A stretch of 64,000 bases of DNA, from the NCBI GenBank assembly GCA_965205975.1, contig OZ242195.1, positions 2,240,001 to 2,304,000 of the forward strand, written 5' to 3'. A program made the translations under genes and the position numbers. Within the stretch, counting starts at the first letter, position 1. Each line of letters opens with the position of its first letter. The notes below the pieces were generated by a model that made no database searches, was not told the origin of the DNA, and worked only from the letters and a program-made list of their open reading frames with translations. Source of the stretch: Candidatus Latescibacterota bacterium. Its GTDB lineage: Bacteria > Latescibacterota > UBA2968. Positions 19,373 through 27,743 of this stretch are shown in pieces.

Positions 19373-19824
19373 ATCTCTGAGTCAATCATCAATGTAACGG
19401 GGCCTGTATTGTAAATTTCGACCTGCATATACGCGCCAAAAACGCCGGTTTCAGTATGAATGCCAAGAGCACAGAAGTGCTGGACAAATTGCTCGTACAG
19501 GGATTTGGCAATATCTGGTGGAGCAGCCCGATTAAAACTCGGACGGCGGCCTTTGCGGGTGTCGGCGTGCAGGGTAAATTGCGAAACCACCAGCGCCTGC
19601 CCACCCGTGTCGAGCAGGGATCTATTCATTTTTCCACGATCGTCCTCAAAAATTCTCAAATTCGCACATTTCTCAGCAACATATTCCATATCCGGCAGAC
19701 CATCGGTATCGCTAATACCCAGCAAAATCAAAAGACCGCCATCAATTTGCCCAACGATTTGTTCTTCAACGCGAACCGTTGCCTCGCACACCCGCTGAAT
19801 CAATGCCCGCACGCTGCCCTCCAT
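19369..19824 (-). CDS. dtd: D-aminoacyl-tRNA deacylase
   Basis: RALIQRV, LRIF, SQFTL, KGRRPSF, GPVT. Confidence 0.95.
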   Translation of the reverse strand: MEGSVRALIQRVCEATVRVEEQIVGQIDGGLLILLGISDTDGLPDMEYVAEKCANLRIFEDDRGKMNRSLLDTGGQALVVSQFTLHADTRKGRRPSFNRAAPPDIAKSLYEQFVQHFCALGIHTETGVFGAYMQVEIYNTGPVTLMIDSEI

Positions 19825-19839
19825 TGCTTAAGATGCATG

Positions 19840-19883
19840 TATCATTTATAACTTATTTATGGCATGTGTGCAAGGTGAAAGAT
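19840..19883. repeat. Left direct repeat of sterol island (contains putative dtd promoter on minus strand)
   Basis: 36/44 identical to 27699-27742, including a perfect 14-bp GCAAGGTGAAAGAT. Minus strand reads TTGCAC-17-TATAAA. Confidence 0.8.
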
Positions 19884-20063
19884 GTAAGAGGAGTGAAATG
19901 TGAAGTTGTCATTGTAGCCTGATGTTAAGCCGCAATCCATTAACAGGAATACAACGAGCCAAACGGCTTGTATTTTATTAGAGATATTCGTATTATGGAC
20001 GGTCATAGATTTTAGAATCTGTAAGACGGCTTCTCAGGATTATTTCTGATCGAATGAGGAAAA

Positions 20064-23000
20064 ATGAACACAGGTGACAATTTCCACGGTGAACGCCCCG
20101 GACCGATAGCCTACATGGCTGGTAACAGTGTAGCCGCCAATCTACTGATGTGGGCCATTATCGCCGCCGGGCTGGTGTCGCTGACCGGACTCGACCGGGA
20201 AGCGTGGCCCACCACTCCCTTCTACCATATTGAAGTGTCGATGGCCTATCCCGGCGCCACACCGGAGGAGATCGAGGAGTCGATCGTCGTCAAGATCGAA
20301 GATCAGGTCAGTGGATTGGATGACGTGAAGGCGGTCAAGTCCGTATCGGCCCCGGGTATGGCATCCGTGCGGGTTCAAATGGATTTCGATACGGACATGG
20401 CTCGGGCGTTGAACGATATCGAGTCTGCCGTCAATCGCATACAGTCTTTCCCGATCAGTGCCGAACGTCCCAGTTTCAGGGAGATGACTAACCGCATGAG
20501 CATGATGCGGCTCATTGTTTATGGCGATGTGCCCGAGCGTGCGCTGAAGGAATTGGCGTATCAGATCAAGGATGAACTCACGGCTCTTCCCTCCGTCTCC
20601 CAGGTCGAGGTCAGCGGTATTCGGAAATACGAGATCTCTATCGAGGTACCGCTTCATCGGCTAAGAGCACTTGGACTCACCCTCACCGACATAGCCAACA
20701 CGATTCGTCGCAGTTCACTGGACTTATCTGCCGGCAGTATCAATACCCGGGAATCCCAGGTGCGGGTCCGGACTCTCGGTCAGAACTACGACCAAAAGGA
20801 TTTCGAAGAGATCGTCCTTCTCAGTGGCAGCGACGGCACGGTTTTGCGCGTTGGCGATATCGCCGAGGTTCGCGACGGTTTTCAGGAAACCGACCTGATT
20901 GTCCGGCATCAGAACCATCCCGCTGTATTCGTCGAGGTCTATCGGGCCGATGGTGAGCAAGTGATGGATGTCGCCACGACCGTTCGAGAGCACCTGGCGA
21001 ACGAGGTGATCCCATCTCTACCGGACGGTGTGGGCGTCACCATGTGGAATGACGAATCCCAGGTCTATGAGGAACGCGCCGATCTTCTCCTCAAGAACGG
21101 GATCCTGGGCCTGTTGCTGGTGCTGATCGCACTCAGCCTGTTTCTCGAAATCCGGCTCGCGCTTTGGGTCGCCGTGGGCCTCGCCGTTTCGGGAATCGGT
21201 GCCCTTGCCATCATGATGGCATTCGACGTGGCGATCAACACCATCAGCCTGTTCTCCTTTGTCCTCGCCATAGGAATCATCGTCGACGATGCCATCGTCG
21301 TAGCCGAGTACATCCACTACGAACGCAAGCGGGGAACACCCGGGGTCACGGCCGCGATCCGAGGCGTACGGCGGATCAAGGTGCCGTTGACGTTCGCAGT
21401 TCTGACGTCGGTGGTGGCCTTCGTCCCGTTGCTGTTCATTCCCGGCGGCGTCGGTGAGGTGTGGCGGGCCCTGCCGATCATCATGATCGCCATGCTGCTG
21501 GTTTCCCTGGTCGAATCGCTGTTCGTGCTGCCCAACCACCTGTCTCACCTGCACGGCCCGGAGTGGGTGCCGGCCAATGCCTTCGACCGGTTCTTCGCGC
21601 GGCTCCAGGGGCGCGTTGACGCGCTGCTGAACAGGTTCGTCCAAGGCCCGCTGGATCGGGCCCTGCAGTTCGCCACCGACCAGCCCGTGGTGACGATGTC
21701 GGGGGCTGTGGGAATGCTCGTGCTGAGCATCTCCCTGTTGCCCGCGGGGATCGTTCCTACCACGCTGGCCGCTGACGTGGAGGGGGATATCGCGACGGTC
21801 GTCCTGGAGATGCCCGATGGGGCGACCGCTCCGAGGACGTACGAAGTGGCGCAGGAACTGGAGGCCGCAGGCCACCGGGTCATCGAACGACTCTCGCGCG
21901 GCCGGCCCGGGGATGCGCCACCGCTGCTGACTGGCGTAACGGTGACTGTCGGACAGGGCTCGAGACTCGGGGGCGGACTCAATCCGGAGCCGACCCTCAA
22001 TCCGCAAGCCAACATCGCCACCATTGAGTTCAAACTCCTGGGCGCACAACAGAGAGAAATCTCCACCGGAGAGGTCGTGCAGGCATGGCGGGAGGAGGTG
22101 GGTGTGCTACCCCACGTACGCGGCATCACCTTCAGCGGCGAGGTCTTTGACTTGGGCAACCCGGTGGAGGCCGTGTTGTCGCATCCGGACCCGGAGCGCC
22201 TTGCCCGGATTGCAGACTCCGTGGTCGATGGTCTCCGTGGAGTGGGAGGCGTCTTCGATATACGCTCGGATCACACCCCGGGCATCCCGGAAGTTCAACT
22301 GGAGCTGCAGCCAGAAGGTCGAACTCTCGGTCTCACACTCCACGACCTGGCCGGGCAGGCACGGGCGGCGTTCTTCGGCGCAGAGGCCGTTCGGGTGCAG
22401 CGCGACCGGGAAGAGGTCCGGGTCTATGTGCGCCTGCCCTCCGATGAACGAAAATCCATCACCGATGTCGAAGGATACCTGCTCCGTACTCCGAGTGGTG
22501 CCGAGGTCCCGGTTATGAGTGTGGCCTCCCTGAACCCGGGGGTGTCGCCGCCGGCCATTCGACGGAAGGACGGCCAGCGCGTCGTCACGGTCACTGCGGA
22601 CGTGGATGCTTCGGTGATTTCAGGCGACGAAGCCAACGACATCCTGGCCAATTCGATCCTCGCGGATCTGACCGCCCTGCACCCGGACCTGACATACAGC
22701 TTCGGAGGGGAACAACAACAGCAGCTCGAATCCCTGGATGCGCTGTATCGCGGATTTGCGATTGCCATGCTCCTGATCTTCGCGCTGCTCGCCATCCCCC
22801 TCCGATCCTATACAAAGCCGTTCATCATCATGGCCGTCATCCCCTTCGGGTTCATCGGAGTGATCCTGGGTCACTGGGTCCTGGGAGTAGCCCTGAGTGC
22901 CGTATCTTTCATGGGTATCTTCGGCCTGAGTGGGGTGGTCGTGAACGATTCCCTGGTCATGATCGATTTCATCGATCAGGAACTCGAGGAAGGCATGCCG

Positions 23001-23246
23001 GCGCAAACTGCAATCATAGAGGGCGCAAAAGGGCGATTTCGCCCAATTATGCTCACTTCCGTGACTACGTTCCTCGGCTTCACTCCCCTTATTCTGGAAC
23101 GTGCCATCCAAGCCCAGTTCCTGATCCCCTTTGCCGCGTCTCTCGGTTTCGGCATTCTCATTACCACGGCCATACTTATGATGATCGTTCCCGCGCTATA
23201 CGCGATCCATTTGCATCTGATTTCTCTGCGCAGTAATACGAGTTAG
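20064..23246 (+). CDS. RND efflux transporter permease (AcrB/AcrD/AcrF family)
   Basis: AANLLM, YPGATPEEIE, GIIVDDAIVVAE, GVVVNDSLVM, RFRPIMLTS. 1060 aa with GC-rich codon usage. Confidence 0.93.
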   Translation: MNTGDNFHGERPGPIAYMAGNSVAANLLMWAIIAAGLVSLTGLDREAWPTTPFYHIEVSMAYPGATPEEIEESIVVKIEDQVSGLDDVKAVKSVSAPGMASVRVQMDFDTDMARALNDIESAVNRIQSFPISAERPSFREMTNRMSMMRLIVYGDVPERALKELAYQIKDELTALPSVSQVEVSGIRKYEISIEVPLHRLRALGLTLTDIANTIRRSSLDLSAGSINTRESQVRVRTLGQNYDQKDFEEIVLLSGSDGTVLRVGDIAEVRDGFQETDLIVRHQNHPAVFVEVYRADGEQVMDVATTVREHLANEVIPSLPDGVGVTMWNDESQVYEERADLLLKNGILGLLLVLIALSLFLEIRLALWVAVGLAVSGIGALAIMMAFDVAINTISLFSFVLAIGIIVDDAIVVAEYIHYERKRGTPGVTAAIRGVRRIKVPLTFAVLTSVVAFVPLLFIPGGVGEVWRALPIIMIAMLLVSLVESLFVLPNHLSHLHGPEWVPANAFDRFFARLQGRVDALLNRFVQGPLDRALQFATDQPVVTMSGAVGMLVLSISLLPAGIVPTTLAADVEGDIATVVLEMPDGATAPRTYEVAQELEAAGHRVIERLSRGRPGDAPPLLTGVTVTVGQGSRLGGGLNPEPTLNPQANIATIEFKLLGAQQREISTGEVVQAWREEVGVLPHVRGITFSGEVFDLGNPVEAVLSHPDPERLARIADSVVDGLRGVGGVFDIRSDHTPGIPEVQLELQPEGRTLGLTLHDLAGQARAAFFGAEAVRVQRDREEVRVYVRLPSDERKSITDVEGYLLRTPSGAEVPVMSVASLNPGVSPPAIRRKDGQRVVTVTADVDASVISGDEANDILANSILADLTALHPDLTYSFGGEQQQQLESLDALYRGFAIAMLLIFALLAIPLRSYTKPFIIMAVIPFGFIGVILGHWVLGVALSAVSFMGIFGLSGVVVNDSLVMIDFIDQELEEGMPAQTAIIEGAKGRFRPIMLTSVTTFLGFTPLILERAIQAQFLIPFAASLGFGILITTAILMMIVPALYAIHLHLISLRSNTS

Positions 23247-23328
23247 CAATCTCTCCGACCTGCGGTCGGTCTCAGCTACGTAGCAGACCAGTTCCACTGT
23301 TTCAAATGAGAATAAGACTTGCCTTCCC

Positions 23329-23357
23329 TTGACCAAATATTTGTATTTATTTATATT
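23329..23357 (+). promoter_or_regulatory. Putative sigma70 promoter for P450-SMT operon
   Basis: TTGACC-17nt-TATATT in an AT-rich gap. AAGGAGG precedes ATG 23421. Confidence 0.5.
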
Positions 23358-23420
23358 TGCCATAAGTACAGTAAGGGCAAGTGCCTTATGGTATTGAAGT
23401 AATGCAAGGAGGCCGAGGCT

Positions 23421-25448
23421 ATGGCTAATACTACCGAGGGTTTCCAATCGCTAAGTCTCACCGAAGAGCTCATCCTGATGCTCCTCAACGAGGAGACTGG
23501 TTACTTTCACCAGGTACCCGGCTGGCATTTGCACTGCGCCGTGGTCGGTGCCGTGCTCGCGGAGCTTTCACTCAGATCGCGCATCGACACGGACCTGGAA
23601 TCCCTGTTCCTCGTGGACGAGTCGGAAACGGGGAGACCTGCCCTGGACCCCATTCTGAAAGAAATCGCAGCCGAATCTGTTCAACGGAACGCCCAGTACT
23701 GGATCGAACGGCTCGCTCCCCGTGCGGAATCGATCATTGATTCGGTTCTGGACCGCCTGGTTGACCTGAAGATCCTGGAATATCACGACGGTGAATTCTG
23801 GACACTGGCTCCTACCGTCTGGCGTGGAGAACTGTCCAGCAAGTCGGAAGAGAGCACTGCAGGCCAGTTCATAAAAACGCGGATCAGCAGGGTCATCTTC
23901 ACCGACGAGATTCCCGATCCGAGAGATGTCATCATTATCTGCCTCGTCAATACCTGCGACGTCTTTCGTTTCATATTCCAGCTCGACGACGAGGCGGAGG
24001 AGCGCATCGAGTTCATCTGCAAGATGGATCTGATCGGCCGCTCCCTGGCCTCTGCGGTCTCTCAGAACCTCGCCCGCCGAGCCCTTCGCCGTCCTGCCCT
24101 TGCCAGGAAAATTCCGACGGTTTCGCTGCCCAAGCTGCTGCTGAACCCGCATAGTCGAGACGGCAACCTGAACGCGCTCTTCGGGAACCTTGCGGAGGAG
24201 TACGGTCCGGTGTTCCAGATCCGCCCACCCTTCTCGAAGCCCATGATCTTCCTGGCCGGACTCGAGACAAACCGCTGGGTGCACAAGCGCGGGCGCATGT
24301 ACCTGAGAGCCAGGGACTACTTCAGCGACTTCGAGAAGGTCTATGGCGCGTCCGGCGTCCTGCCCGCCCTGGACGGAGCCGATCACTTCCGGCTTCGCCA
24401 GTCTCTGTCGCCCGCCTATTCTGCCGTGAGGCTGGGAGGGCAGCTAGGCCAGCTCTACAATCAGGGGCGCAAGTACATGGCGAGCTTGACGGTTGGGGAC
24501 TCATACCGCGCCACGTCCATGTGTCGGGAGATGGTGAACGCCCAGCTCTCCCCACTGTTCATCGGCGTCGATACCCAGGACCTCATGGACGACCTGATGG
24601 CGTACAAGGAACGGGCCCTCAGCGTGCACGTCGCCAAGCTTCTGCCCAGATTCACGCTGAACACCCCGGGCATGAGACGCCGGGCGAAAGCCCTGGACAC
24701 ACTGATGCAGCGGGTCCAGGACATCCATACCTCCGCCCAACGGGCGGACAGCCCGCGGGATCTGGTGGACGATTACCTCAGCCTGCACGCGAGCGACCCG
24801 CAGTTTCTCCCAGAGTCCAACCTGCTGTTCTCCTTTTCCGCGGCCTTGATTGCCAGCGTGTACCTCGGCGATACGTTCAGCCTCGTAGTCTACGCCATGG
24901 CGTCACAGCCCGACCTCTACGCCAGAATCCAGGCCGAAGCAGATGCCCTGTTCGCCAAGGGAGACCCCGAGAGAGAGGATTTCACCCCCGCCAACATTGA
25001 CGTTACCCACCGCTTCCTCATGGAGTGCATGCGCATGTACCCGATCGTCTCCATGTCCATTCGGAACGTGATGAATACGTGCGTGGTCGAGGACTACGAG
25101 CTGCCCATGGGGGAACGTATCCACATCGCCATGACCGCCACGCATTACATGAGCGAGGTCTTTCCCGATCCCTACAAGTTCGACATCGACCGCTACCTGC
25201 CATCGCGCCATGAACACCGAAGCCCCGGGTACGCCCCGTACGGGCTGGGCACGCACAAGTGTCTCGGCACCCGGTGGATGGAACTGCACCTGGCGGCCAA
25301 CTTGTTGATGCTGGCGCACTACTTCACGATTGAGGTGTCGCCGGTGAAGTACAATCACAAGCTCCGTTTCAGTCCGTTCCCGTCGCTGAAACCGAGCAAG
25401 AAGCTGAAGTTCCGCATCTCCCAGCAGAGACGGGAGCTGTTCACCTGA
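23421..25448 (+). CDS. GPP34 (GOLPH3/Vps74-like) domain fused to cytochrome P450
   Basis: N-terminal ~220 aa LTEELILMLLNEETG...GAVLAELSLRSRID resembles the GPP34 family. C-terminal P450 has ECMR (ExxR), FPDPYKFDIDRY and the heme motif YGLGTHKCLG. Confidence 0.8.
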   Translation: MANTTEGFQSLSLTEELILMLLNEETGYFHQVPGWHLHCAVVGAVLAELSLRSRIDTDLESLFLVDESETGRPALDPILKEIAAESVQRNAQYWIERLAPRAESIIDSVLDRLVDLKILEYHDGEFWTLAPTVWRGELSSKSEESTAGQFIKTRISRVIFTDEIPDPRDVIIICLVNTCDVFRFIFQLDDEAEERIEFICKMDLIGRSLASAVSQNLARRALRRPALARKIPTVSLPKLLLNPHSRDGNLNALFGNLAEEYGPVFQIRPPFSKPMIFLAGLETNRWVHKRGRMYLRARDYFSDFEKVYGASGVLPALDGADHFRLRQSLSPAYSAVRLGGQLGQLYNQGRKYMASLTVGDSYRATSMCREMVNAQLSPLFIGVDTQDLMDDLMAYKERALSVHVAKLLPRFTLNTPGMRRRAKALDTLMQRVQDIHTSAQRADSPRDLVDDYLSLHASDPQFLPESNLLFSFSAALIASVYLGDTFSLVVYAMASQPDLYARIQAEADALFAKGDPEREDFTPANIDVTHRFLMECMRMYPIVSMSIRNVMNTCVVEDYELPMGERIHIAMTATHYMSEVFPDPYKFDIDRYLPSRHEHRSPGYAPYGLGTHKCLGTRWMELHLAANLLMLAHYFTIEVSPVKYNHKLRFSPFPSLKPSKKLKFRISQQRRELFT

Positions 25449-25487
25449 CGACTTGGCTCCTTGTGGAGCCAGGGGAAACACCACAAA

Positions 25488-26522
25488 ATGCGGCTGTGCA
25501 AACTATCGAGAGAGCTGAGAGATGCGTACCGGGGATCGGGCGTCGCACGTCGAGTGCAGCACTTCGACGGCTGGCTTGACCGGGCGGCGCTGGAACCCGG
25601 TGGCCCGGGCGGGTACGATCACACGGAAACAGTGAAAGACTATTACGACCTTTGCAGCGGGTTCATGGTGTGGGGCTGGGGCCAGTCCCTGCACTTCGCG
25701 CCCCTCACGCCTCATGAGAGTCTGGAGGAGTCTCAGGTCCGGCATCAGCGGCTGATGATTTCCAAGTTGGAACTGCAACAGGGTATGACAGTGATCGACG
25801 TTGGTTGTGGAGTCGGCGCCCCCATGCGCCGCGTCGTCCGTGAGGCTGGTGTCAGGGTTGTAGGAATCAACATCAATGAGATCCAGTTGGAAGAGGCGAA
25901 GAGGTTGAACGCCGAGGCAGGGCTTGATCACATGGTCGATTTCGAGACGTGCAGCTTCATGGACATGAGCATCATTGAGGACGACACCTTCGACCGGGGT
26001 TATGCCATAGAGTCAACGTGCCATGCACCGGACAAGCAACGCGCCTTCGAAGAGGTATTCCGCGTGCTGAAACCCGGTGCCCTGTTCTGGGGGCAGGAAA
26101 TGTGTCTGACGGGCAAGTTCAATCCGAAGGACGACCGGCATCGGGCCATCAAGGAGGATCTCATGCGCGGCATTGCGCTGAGGGACATCGCCACCTTCGA
26201 GGAAGTGAATCACGCGCTCGGAGCCGCGGGATTCCAAGTCATGGAAGGGATGGACCGGGCGATCCAGGAAGGACCCTCCACACCTTGGTATCAACCCATG
26301 GAGAGTCGCCATGGGACGGTTGGAAACGCCTTGCGCAGGCTTCCTTGGGGCCGTAAAGCGGTCATCACAGGATCGAAGCTGGCTGAAGTACTGCGGCTCT
26401 TTCCGAAGGGCTCCGCGGAAGTCATCCGACTCCTGGATCGGACCGCGGAGGCTTATATCGCGGGCGGCAAGGCGGGTATCTTTACGCCGCTGTACTGTTT
26501 CTTGGCTCGCAAGCCTCTTTAG
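25488..26522 (+). CDS. Sterol C-24 methyltransferase (ERG6/SMT-like)
   Basis: YYDL..F..WGWGQSLHFAP, IDVGCGVGAP, YAIESTCHAP, VLKPG, PWY, C-terminal GIFTPLY..LARKP. Alternative start at 25461. Confidence 0.85.
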   Translation: MRLCKLSRELRDAYRGSGVARRVQHFDGWLDRAALEPGGPGGYDHTETVKDYYDLCSGFMVWGWGQSLHFAPLTPHESLEESQVRHQRLMISKLELQQGMTVIDVGCGVGAPMRRVVREAGVRVVGININEIQLEEAKRLNAEAGLDHMVDFETCSFMDMSIIEDDTFDRGYAIESTCHAPDKQRAFEEVFRVLKPGALFWGQEMCLTGKFNPKDDRHRAIKEDLMRGIALRDIATFEEVNHALGAAGFQVMEGMDRAIQEGPSTPWYQPMESRHGTVGNALRRLPWGRKAVITGSKLAEVLRLFPKGSAEVIRLLDRTAEAYIAGGKAGIFTPLYCFLARKPL

Positions 26523-26540
26523 GCGCGCCTAGGCGCGCCT
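26521..26540. repeat. Tandem duplicated 10-bp palindrome between convergent genes
   Basis: AGGCGCGCCT AGGCGCGCCT. Confidence 0.8.
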
Positions 26541-26555
26541 TCGCGCGGGCCCCTC

Positions 26556-27653
26556 TTAGTCGGAGACCGAGTCCCCACTTCCCTTCGCAATCGTCGGATC
26601 GGGATAGAACTGCTGGCAATACCGGCGGTACTTCCCTATGGGGCCGTCGGCCCTACACAGCCTGGGGGGAGACCGATACCGCTTCCGTTCCCAGATCACC
26701 ACATCCTGCAGGACATCCCGTTTCTGTTGTGACATTAAAATACGATTCATTAACCTGTGCCGCAGCTTCATCGGCAGAAACCCCAGACCTGAGATAAATC
26801 GCCGGGGCTTGCGGATTTCCCTCAGTTGGCTGACCAGTACAAGATCGATGAGGGTGCCATCAATGGGCGTTGCGAGTACCCACAACCTCGCATTCATATC
26901 AATAGTTTTCTCGTGGATCTCGACGAAGGAGTAGCCCAGTCCATAGACATGGGTGATAGCCGAGGGTTCGTACACGAGGTCCTTTACACCCAGGATCCTG
27001 CGAACGCGTTTGAAGTCGAAGCAACTCTTCAGGTAGGCGCCCTCCACCTTTACCGAACCGACCGGATTCACATTGTCGTAACCATGCACATAGCGCAGGT
27101 GTCCCAGATCTACTGAGTTCTCGGTTGTTTCCTGGGGATGTCCACGGAACCGGAATATGTTGAATCTCAGTTCACACCACTCTTGTCCAGTGGTTGGCTC
27201 AGCTGGTAGATCCCACTGCGACGACCGTCCGCCGCTCCCAAACCAGGCGAAGACCATGCCGAGGATCTCTCGCGTCTCATATACTTTCAGCCTCGCGGCT
27301 CTCGGTGCCGGGGCGTTCGGAGTCGCAACGCATTGACCGGTCGTATCGTACTCAAATCCGTGAAACGGACAGACGAGCCTACCATTGCATATCTTCCCAC
27401 CGACCTCCGGTCCCATGTGCGAGCCCAGGTGCGGACATACCGCGTCGGCCACACAGACACGGCCTGCATCGTCGCACCATGCGACGATTTCCTCCCCCAG
27501 CCACGTCTTCTCGATCAGTTTCTCTCGCAAAATGGAATCGCGGCTTGCGACGAAATACCACCCTTCAGGGAACGGCGGTAGCGCATCAGCGCCATTCATG
27601 ACCGGTCGATTAGTATCACTGGTTCGTAAATCCGCAGATTCTGTCAAAGACAT
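26556..27653 (-). CDS. Rieske [2Fe-2S] non-heme iron oxygenase (Neverland/DAF-36/KshA-like steroid oxygenase)
   Basis: FPEGWY, CPHLG...CPFHG, ENSVDLGHLRYVH, C-terminal DVVIWERKRY..PPRLC..DGPI..YRRYCQQFY. Start 27653 follows GAGGT; the ORF extends to 27704. Confidence 0.8.
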   Translation of the reverse strand: MSLTESADLRTSDTNRPVMNGADALPPFPEGWYFVASRDSILREKLIEKTWLGEEIVAWCDDAGRVCVADAVCPHLGSHMGPEVGGKICNGRLVCPFHGFEYDTTGQCVATPNAPAPRAARLKVYETREILGMVFAWFGSGGRSSQWDLPAEPTTGQEWCELRFNIFRFRGHPQETTENSVDLGHLRYVHGYDNVNPVGSVKVEGAYLKSCFDFKRVRRILGVKDLVYEPSAITHVYGLGYSFVEIHEKTIDMNARLWVLATPIDGTLIDLVLVSQLREIRKPRRFISGLGFLPMKLRHRLMNRILMSQQKRDVLQDVVIWERKRYRSPPRLCRADGPIGKYRRYCQQFYPDPTIAKGSGDSVSD

Positions 27654-27698
27654 AAAGGGTCTTACCTCATATTTAAAACATACAAAGCCATATCGCAT

Positions 27699-27742
27699 TA
27701 TCATCTATAAGATATCTACGGCAGATGAGCAAGGTGAAAGAT
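27699..27742. repeat. Right direct repeat of sterol island (putative promoter for Rieske gene)
   Basis: Matches 19840-19883. Minus strand reads TTGCTC-17-TATAGA. Abuts the lptD-like stop codon. Confidence 0.8.
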
Positions 27743-27743
27743 T

